From an uncultured candidate division Zixibacteria bacterium (GTDB taxonomy: Bacteria; Zixibacteria; MSB-5A5; UBA10806), in NCBI GenBank assembly GCA_963817915.1, contig CAWFQL010000017.1, positions 160,001-224,000 on the forward strand: a stretch of 64,000 bases of DNA. Direction: 5' to 3'. The position numbers were made by a program, and so were the translations under genes. Shown here piece by piece: positions 63,541-64,000 of this stretch. The notes beneath the pieces were generated by a model. That model had not been told where the DNA came from and ran no database searches. It saw only the letters and a program-made list of their open reading frames with translations. Numbering within the stretch: position 1 is the stretch's first letter; the number at the start of each line of letters is the position of its first letter.

Positions 63541-64000
63541 ATGTTTAAGAAAATCCTGATAGCCAACAGAGGCGAAATCGCGGTTAGAGTCATCAAGGCC
63601 TGCCGCGAACTCGGAATCAAATCGGTAGCGGTCTATTCCGCCGCGGATAAGGCCGCGTTGCATGTTCAGTACGCCGATGAAGCAATATATATCGGCGAAG
63701 CGCCTGCCGCGAAAAGCTATCTGAATATTGATGCCATCATTAATGCTATCAAATCATCCGGCGCAGAAGCTGTCCATCCGGGATATGGATTTCTATCGGA
63801 AAATCATATCTTCGCCGAACGGTGCGAAAAAGAGGGAATAATATTTATTGGGCCGGATTCCAAATCAATGAAGCTTGTCGGTGATAAGGTAGCTTCGCGT
63901 ATCGTAACCGAAAAAGCCGGTATTCCGTTAATACCCGGCATGAAGCAGAAAAGCACGGATGTCAATGAATGCATGACGGCGGCTGAGAAAATCGGATTTC
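63541..64000 (+). CDS. Biotin carboxylase subunit (MCC alpha / AccC-like), 3' truncated by window
   Basis: Translated [25 protein letters not shown]...[10 protein letters not shown]; absent from ORF track because it has no stop in the window. Confidence 0.92.
   Translation, partial: MFKKILIANRGEIAVRVIKACRELGIKSVAVYSAADKAALHVQYADEAIYIGEAPAAKSYLNIDAIINAIKSSGAEAVHPGYGFLSENHIFAERCEKEGIIFIGPDSKSMKLVGDKVASRIVTEKAGIPLIPGMKQKSTDVNECMTAAEKIGF

Overview
A gene-dense bacterial chromosomal segment from a diderm anaerobe. The gene repertoire suggests an FCB-related uncultured lineage such as Zixibacteria (inference only). 1-16.4 kb: housekeeping genes (aminotransferase, dapF, argS, a degenerate aroA paralog, YraN, SurA/PpiD, YfhO-like, glnS) and an orphan CheW-CZB gene. 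17.1-38.5 kb: a ~21 kb co-oriented anaerobic aromatic-degradation cluster with class I benzoyl-CoA reductase bcrCBAD, had/oah/dch and 4-hydroxybenzoyl-CoA reductase hcrCAB. Embedded in it are an acyl-CoA ligase, a 2-hydroxyacyl-CoA dehydratase subunit with its ATP-dependent activator, a PanE-family reductase and beta-oxidation enzymes. Together these suggest a (hydroxy)phenyllactate -> (hydroxy)cinnamoyl-CoA -> benzoyl-CoA route. A candidate pseudoknotted leader RNA precedes the cluster. 38.5-57 kb: outer-membrane proteins, gltX with tRNA-Gln, an archaeal-type gatE (despite glnS), a Cyc2-like cytochrome-porin with a CxCH lipoprotein partner, tRNA-Glu, an LVIVD protein and a small unannotated Lys/Gln-rich ORF. 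57-64 kb: a liu-like (leucine/isovalerate) operon containing an archaeal-type HMG-CoA synthase/thiolase/DUF35 module. Thirteen genes are split by +1 insertions, most likely sequencing errors. No CRISPR array, rRNA or transposase was seen.
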